This document shows, one piece after another, positions 36,896 to 41,239 of a stretch of 41,239 nucleotides of DNA. Every line of letters starts with the position of its first letter. Position 1 is the first letter of the stretch. Below the pieces are notes generated by a model. That model had not been told where the DNA came from, did no database searches, and saw only the letters and a list, made by a program, of their open reading frames with translations. This DNA is from a virus, in the IMG/VR virus record IMGVR_UViG_3300045988_110028. One strand, written 5' to 3'. The position numbers and the translations under genes are program-made.

Positions 36896-37135
36896 TTTTG
36901 TCAAAAATTTGGCAAAAAACTATCCCAAATTCCCGTTATTTTCCGCCGCATGCCCCAAAAATTTTCAAAGAACGAAAGTAAAGAAATTCGATATTATCGA
37001 GCTTTTCGTAATTAAATAAAAATTTCCGAATCAAACTCGGATACAATAAAACATAAAAATTAATCCGAGAAAGATTCGATAAACACTAGCTTTTTCTCGT
37101 CAAGGAGCTGTCTTTGTCAAAAATCCGTCAAAAAG
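36896..37135. other. AT-rich putative attP / integrase arm-site region
   Basis: Very AT-rich. The 12-mer tttgtcaaaaat occurs twice (36897-36908 and 37113-37124). Has short inverted repeats (tccga...tcgga). Lies adjacent to the integrase 3' end. Confidence 0.4.
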
Positions 37136-37176
37136 AAACACCCCTGATTCCTATGTGAATCGGGGGTGTTTTTTTG
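37136..37176. terminator. bidirectional rho-independent terminator
   Basis: acacccc-tgattcctatgtgaatc-ggggtgt followed by ttttttt. A-rich on the other side, so it can terminate both the moron transcript and the integrase transcript. Confidence 0.75.
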
Positions 37177-37192
37177 TGTGTTCGGAACAGGT

Positions 37193-38308
37193 TTAACCAA
37201 AAATTCTGTTTATATCATCTGCGGCCTTCTCGCGCATCTCATCCGTGTAATGGACGTAAATCAGCTCGACCGTGGTGATGGTGTCGCCGAGGAGACTTGC
37301 GACTGTCTTGATATCGATGCCTTCGGCGAGTAGACGGGTGGCGTATGTGTGCCGGAGATCGTGTACTGAGTGTCCGGGGACACACCGATTGATCAGGCAG
37401 TTGATATTGTGCGAAGTGCGGTAATGCGTCAGGCGGCGGTGCACGTAGAGGACGCGTTCATCCAGGTACTCGTTTAGTGCTGTTACCAGAGCGGGAGGAA
37501 TTGGGACGGTCCGGTTCGAGTGCTTCGATTTGACTCGAGCGATGCCTCGCACCTTATGATTGCTTGGATCCGTGACGGTCAGCTGCTTATTGATGGTGAT
37601 GCTGCGATTGGCAAGGTCGATATCGGAACAGGTGAGGGCGAGGATCTCGCCGATCCGGGCGCCGGTGTAGACTGCGAAGCAGAGAACGATCCACGCTTCC
37701 CTGTTATGGTCATGTGCATATCGGAGCAGTGCTTGTACTTCATCCTGGCTCAGCGTTCGAAGTTTCGTCTTACCGGCTTTGTCTTCGCGAGGTTTGTAGG
37801 CGAAGTCAGAGATGGGGGAGGCGGTCACGACATGATAACGGACAGCCTCTCGAAAAAGTGTTTTCAGTAGGCTGACACGACCTTTAATGCTCGAGGTGGC
37901 GGCATTCCGCATACCATTGATCATCCGGCTGACGTCTGCGTAAGTGATGTCCACCATCGGCTTATCCAGCAGATCGGTCATGGATGCCAGACGGTTCCTG
38001 TAAGTGAATATGCTATTTGGTGCGAGCGTCGTGCGGCCGGATATATACATCTCCCCGAATTCGCGGAGCGTCATGCCTTCGAATACGGCATCGATGTCGC
38101 CTGTCTTTTGAACCTTAGCGAGTAGTTTTTCTTTTTCTTTATCTGATGCAGCCAAGGATCTCAGAGCATAGCCGCCTTTTGATGCCTGCTTCCAGATTCC
38201 ATCCTTCGATCGATAGGATAGAATGAGCTGGTAATTCGGCTTCCCATTTTTCCTTGGCCGGTTTCGGATGATGAAATTGTAATTCATGTCCATGGCTATG
38301 CCCTCCAA
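37193..38308 (-). CDS. int: tyrosine site-specific integrase
   Basis: C-terminal catalytic region with HDLRHTYATRLLAEGIDIKTVASLLGDT...YVHY (H-x-x-R ... Y). 371 aa. Next to the repressor. Confidence 0.9.
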   Translation of the reverse strand: MEGIAMDMNYNFIIRNRPRKNGKPNYQLILSYRSKDGIWKQASKGGYALRSLAASDKEKEKLLAKVQKTGDIDAVFEGMTLREFGEMYISGRTTLAPNSIFTYRNRLASMTDLLDKPMVDITYADVSRMINGMRNAATSSIKGRVSLLKTLFREAVRYHVVTASPISDFAYKPREDKAGKTKLRTLSQDEVQALLRYAHDHNREAWIVLCFAVYTGARIGEILALTCSDIDLANRSITINKQLTVTDPSNHKVRGIARVKSKHSNRTVPIPPALVTALNEYLDERVLYVHRRLTHYRTSHNINCLINRCVPGHSVHDLRHTYATRLLAEGIDIKTVASLLGDTITTVELIYVHYTDEMREKAADDINRIFG

Positions 38309-38353
38309 TAGGGAAAGAAATAACGTGTGTGTGGCGGGTCGGGATCGCTATCG

Positions 38354-38884
38354 CTAGCCAATATTGTGTGCCAGAGAATCCACATCGAGAGAAGGATTGG
38401 ACTCTTCTCGCCGTTTCTTCTGTATTTTTTTTTCGAGTTCAAATGCACGCTTCACGACGGCCTGCTCAGCGCGGATATCATCCGCCTGCAGATCGTCATG
38501 AAAACCTGCAATGAACTCAAAAAAGGCATTGGAAACGTCTTCGCGCTTCTCCGGATCCATGAAGAGGAATACCTCCATGATCCTTCTCTGGTTGGCGTCC
38601 AGATTGTATCTGGCAACGACGTCTTCCACGATGCTGCGGTCATCTGCATCGCGCATCTCCCCCTGGCCTGTTTTAAGCCAGGCGTAGTTGACGTCAAATT
38701 TCTTGCATACCAGCTGCAGGAAGGTGTCTGTTGGCACGACGCGGTTATACTCATATTCGCTATAAGCGTGTTTAGTAGTCCCGCAGTCTTCCGCAAACTT
38801 TGTCTGAGATGGCTTGGGATGGATTGAGAAGCGGACGAGCTTCAGTCTGTCGCCGATGGTGTCTGCTGTGGTTGGGATATTCAT
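38354..38884 (-). CDS. XRE-family HTH transcriptional repressor (CI-like, no S24 peptidase domain)
   Basis: IGDRLKLVRFS...SQTKFAEDCGTTKHAYSEYE...L..VCKKFDVNYAWLKTG is a Cro/CI-type HTH. Divergent from the early operon. Repressor role inferred from position. Confidence 0.8.
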   Translation of the reverse strand: MNIPTTADTIGDRLKLVRFSIHPKPSQTKFAEDCGTTKHAYSEYEYNRVVPTDTFLQLVCKKFDVNYAWLKTGQGEMRDADDRSIVEDVVARYNLDANQRRIMEVFLFMDPEKREDVSNAFFEFIAGFHDDLQADDIRAEQAVVKRAFELEKKIQKKRREESNPSLDVDSLAHNIG

Positions 38885-38969
38885 AGTATCACCTCCTTTC
38901 TAAACCTATCATACCTCTTTTCTTGGTGTTTGTAAACGCCAAAAACATAAATCGAGTGAAATTAAATTG

Positions 38970-38999
38970 TTGACACACGAAAAATGAAGAGCTATGATG
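38970..38999 (+). promoter_or_regulatory. sigma-A-type promoter (TTGACA - 18 nt - TATGAT) driving the rightward early operon
   Basis: Near-consensus -35 TTGACA at 38970-38975 and -10 TATGAT at 38994-38999, in the divergent region between the repressor and the amidoligase gene. Confidence 0.6.
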
Positions 39000-39058
39000 T
39001 GTATGTAAGGTAAATATACCGACAGCGAAAGAGCGCACACACGAAAAGGAGGAACGCT

Positions 39059-39982
39059 ATGAGCAAAATCGACAAGAGCTTAACCGTAGGGGTAGAGATC
39101 GAAATGACCGGCCTCGCCCGCGCACACGCGGCGGACATTGTAGCTACGGAGCTGGGAGGCCAGGTTGGCCGGATGGCCCGCAACTGCTACGAGACACGCG
39201 AAATCACCGCCCCAGACGGACGGGTATGGAAGGTGATGCGCGACGCCAGCATTACCCGCGAGGCGGGCGGGGATCCACTCACCTGGGAAAATGCGGTGGA
39301 GCTGGTCACACCGATCCTTCACTATGAGGACATCGAAACCCTGCAGCATATCGTAAGAGCCTTGCGTAAGGCGGGAGCAAAGGTCAACGACTCCTGCGGG
39401 ATCCACGTACACGTAGGTGCTGGGAAATTCGATGCACGCCACCTGCGAAACCTGGTTAACATCGTAAACAGCAAGGAGGACCTCATATACGATGCGCTGG
39501 GAGTACTTCAGAATCGAGAGGATGGATACTGCAAGAAGATATACCCTGAATTCTTGATGGAGGTCAACGCTCCGAGCCAGCCGATGGAAAGCCGAGAGGA
39601 CATCATCGATACTTGGTACGAATCGCAAGGAGAAAGTTGGAACCGAAACGACCACTACAATGATACCCGCTACCACGGCCTCAACCTGCACGCCGTAGAC
39701 ACCAAGGGAACGGTAGAGTTCCGGGTATTCAACAGCACCCTGCATGCGGGCAAGGTCAAGGCATATATACAATTCTGCATGGCGGTCGTAAGCCAGGCGC
39801 TTGCGCAGAAGAGCGCGAGCCCCACGAAGACGACCACTACGAATCCGAAGTACACCTTTCGAACCTGGCTCCTGCGCCTGGGGATCATCGGAGAGGAGTA
39901 CGCCACCTGCAGGAAGTGGATGCTCGAGAAACTGGAAGGCGACAGCGCCTTCCGGGATGCCCGCCGCTTGCAGAGAGCCTGA
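39059..39982 (+). CDS. amidoligase (GCS2 / glutamine-synthetase-like carboxylate-amine ligase family)
   Basis: N-terminal LTVGVEIEMTG strand and CGIHVHVGAG motif are typical of GCS2-like amidoligases (phage Amidoligase_2 family). 307 aa. RBS gaaaaggaggaacgct-ATG. Confidence 0.6.
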   Translation: MSKIDKSLTVGVEIEMTGLARAHAADIVATELGGQVGRMARNCYETREITAPDGRVWKVMRDASITREAGGDPLTWENAVELVTPILHYEDIETLQHIVRALRKAGAKVNDSCGIHVHVGAGKFDARHLRNLVNIVNSKEDLIYDALGVLQNREDGYCKKIYPEFLMEVNAPSQPMESREDIIDTWYESQGESWNRNDHYNDTRYHGLNLHAVDTKGTVEFRVFNSTLHAGKVKAYIQFCMAVVSQALAQKSASPTKTTTTNPKYTFRTWLLRLGIIGEEYATCRKWMLEKLEGDSAFRDARRLQRA

Positions 39983-39993
39983 GCTGCCCCGCG

Positions 39994-40047
39994 AAGGATA
40001 CCCACAGCCCGCCACGTGCGGGCTTTCCGGGGTGAGGGGGTATCCTT
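39994..40047 (+). repeat. Structured intergenic element B (nested hairpin), related to 476-533
   Basis: Outer stem aaggataccc / gggtatcctt encloses inner hairpin agcccgc-cacgt-gcgggct followed by ttt. Shares four sequence blocks with element A. Confidence 0.6.
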
Positions 40048-40106
40048 ATACCACCCATATACACGGAGCCCACACAGGGATGAATTTTGCAAAGGAGGCA
40101 GGAAAC

Positions 40107-40391
40107 ATGCTCGAAGAAAGAGTGATTCCCGACGAAAACAACCCATACTATCTGACATTCTGTCTGCTGCGAGACATGCTCAGAGCCAATGGGGTGGCCA
40201 TTGCCCATATCCGCCTGGTGAAGCGTACAGGGGATGGCGAGTGGGCCACCGGGTGTATCGGCATGCAGGTGCTCCTTATCTATGATAGTGGTAAAGAGGA
40301 TCGGCTCCGGATCCTCGATGAGGATCCCTTGGCACTGACAGGCGCGATCCTCCGCATTGTGGATCGATCGGAGGTGAAGTTCGATGGCTAG
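40107..40391 (+). CDS. hypothetical protein (94 aa)
   Basis: RBS aaggagg-N8-ATG. No recognisable motif. Confidence 0.45.
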   Translation: MLEERVIPDENNPYYLTFCLLRDMLRANGVAIAHIRLVKRTGDGEWATGCIGMQVLLIYDSGKEDRLRILDEDPLALTGAILRIVDRSEVKFDG

Positions 40392-40605
40392 AATCCTGGA
40401 CTTCAGCGAGCTGGAGAGCGCAGTTCAGCTGGCGGTTCAATACCTGAAAACGGAAGGGATAATCATTGGGGATTGGCATATCGAGCGCATCCCTGCCAGA
40501 TGGGATACGCTCCTGCTCGTCCACTCCGACGGATCGATACAGAAAGTGTTTCTCATCAGAGACAATGTGAGTCAGACTGCCGCAGATATTATGCTGATCT
40601 CGTAG
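40384..40605 (+). CDS. hypothetical protein (73 aa)
   Basis: ATG overlapping the upstream stop. Confidence 0.4.
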   Translation: MARILDFSELESAVQLAVQYLKTEGIIIGDWHIERIPARWDTLLLVHSDGSIQKVFLIRDNVSQTAADIMLIS

Positions 40606-41234
40606 ATCCGTATGGGCGAGGGAGGGGCATCTAAATCACTAATTACTGGGGCAATCCAACAAAGACAATGATATCCTTCTCCAGCGTATATAGGCCCATG
40701 CATCGACGCATCCTTGACGATATATTCCGGAATGGGCTCGTCTAGGGGGCAAACAATGTTATTCATGTGCCTATGCTGCGCATCTGTGCCTGCCTTCCAA
40801 ATATAATGCGTACACCCAGCATTTATCGCTTCTTTCAGATCCCAATAAACGCGGCAGGTATTTTGTATGGAAGAGGCCAGATAGTATGCGTCCCTTTTGG
40901 TCATGCGAGGTAGGTACTGTCGAATTTCGTCCACGCTTACGGCATCGCGATCGTCGCTTGATATAGATCTAATGGCCCAATCCTTTATGACTGGTCTGGG
41001 AATTGCCATCAATATACCCATTTTAGATAGCTCGTTAATGCTAAAAACGATTGCCTCTTTTGCAAATGGGGCTCTACGTTTTCTAACCATATCTGTAAAT
41101 GATGCGATACCTGTTTTGCGCTTCTTCTTTTTCATTAGGAATCTATACGCAAAATAAAAAATGGCCAAAAACAAGATGGCAGGATAATGAGCGCTTAGGC
41201 TGATTACTATTATCAGAATCAAGAATTTAATCAT
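40572..41234 (-). CDS. hypothetical membrane-anchored protein (220 aa), low-GC, spans the genome junction
   Basis: N-terminal TM ILILIIVISLSAHYPAILFLAIFYFAY, then a basic stretch KKKKRKTG. C-terminal domain has Cys/His (CTHYIW...HRHMNNIVCPL...GYHCLCW). AT-rich codons. Convergent with the amidoligase operon. Confidence 0.5.
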   Translation of the reverse strand: MIKFLILIIVISLSAHYPAILFLAIFYFAYRFLMKKKKRKTGIASFTDMVRKRRAPFAKEAIVFSINELSKMGILMAIPRPVIKDWAIRSISSDDRDAVSVDEIRQYLPRMTKRDAYYLASSIQNTCRVYWDLKEAINAGCTHYIWKAGTDAQHRHMNNIVCPLDEPIPEYIVKDASMHGPIYAGEGYHCLCWIAPVISDLDAPPSPIRIYEISIISAAV

Positions 41235-41239
41235 TGGTA
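41185..41239. repeat. Direct terminal repeat; right copy, identical to 1-55
   Basis: Exact 55-nt match to the window start. The minus-strand ORF 40572-41234 starts (ATG = revcomp of cat at 41232-41234) inside this repeat. Confidence 0.9.

Noticed and set aside
38327-38827. 166-aa + strand ORF overlapping the repressor gene
   Set aside because: It is antisense to a clear XRE-type HTH repressor ORF and has no start signals.

Overview
The window is one complete copy of a ~41.2-kb temperate, contractile-tailed phage genome. The first 55 nt (1-55) are identical to the last 55 nt (41185-41239), so this is a circularly closed or permuted assembly with a unit length of about 41,184 bp. One minus-strand gene (40572-41234) starts inside that repeat and so spans the junction. 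Ribosome-binding sites are Firmicutes-type GGAGG-like and GC is moderately high, with several visibly AT-richer patches.

Gene order on the + strand:
- Small early genes, including an excisionase-like HTH protein and a LysM protein.
- A recombination module: YqaJ-type exonuclease, RecT, and later an Hjc-like resolvase.
- A replication module: DnaD-like replisome organizer with internal iterons, a DnaC/IstB-like loader, and SSB.
- A 300-bp noncoding region containing a perfect 12-bp-arm palindrome.
- A low-GC patch carrying a Cys-rich protein and dUTPase.
- An ArpU/RinA-like late regulator and a ParB-nuclease-domain::DNA methyltransferase fusion.
- Small and large terminase, then a portal with an unusual low-GC C-terminal extension followed by a small zinc-ribbon gene and a terminator.
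- A highly charged 307-aa protein, MuF/gp7 head morphogenesis protein, acidic scaffold, decoration-like protein, and major capsid.
- Connector and completion proteins, sheath, tube, two chaperones, and a tape measure with a C-terminal lysozyme-like domain.
- A baseplate: gpD-like hub, gpV-like spike, PAAR, gpW/gp25-like, gpJ-like and gpI-like proteins.
- Two tail fibers: one with a collar domain, one with ~98-bp internal direct repeats and a low-GC C-terminal domain.
- A sigma-region-4-like small protein, holin-like proteins and a lysozyme-like putative endolysin.
- A coiled-coil membrane-protein moron with its own promoter (two alternative frames open throughout), an AT-rich attP-like region and a terminator.

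On the minus strand sit a tyrosine integrase and an XRE/CI-type repressor. Divergent from the repressor, behind a near-consensus sigma-A promoter, is an unusual early operon. It opens with a GCS2/glutamine-synthetase-like amidoligase, followed by two small proteins, and is faced by a convergent low-GC membrane protein.

The most novel-looking items:
- The portal-fused low-GC domain plus zinc-ribbon cassette, which could be a packaged toxin/immunity pair.
- The amidoligase-led early operon.
- A pair of related nested-hairpin intergenic elements at 476-533 and 39994-40047.
- The dual-frame coiled-coil moron.
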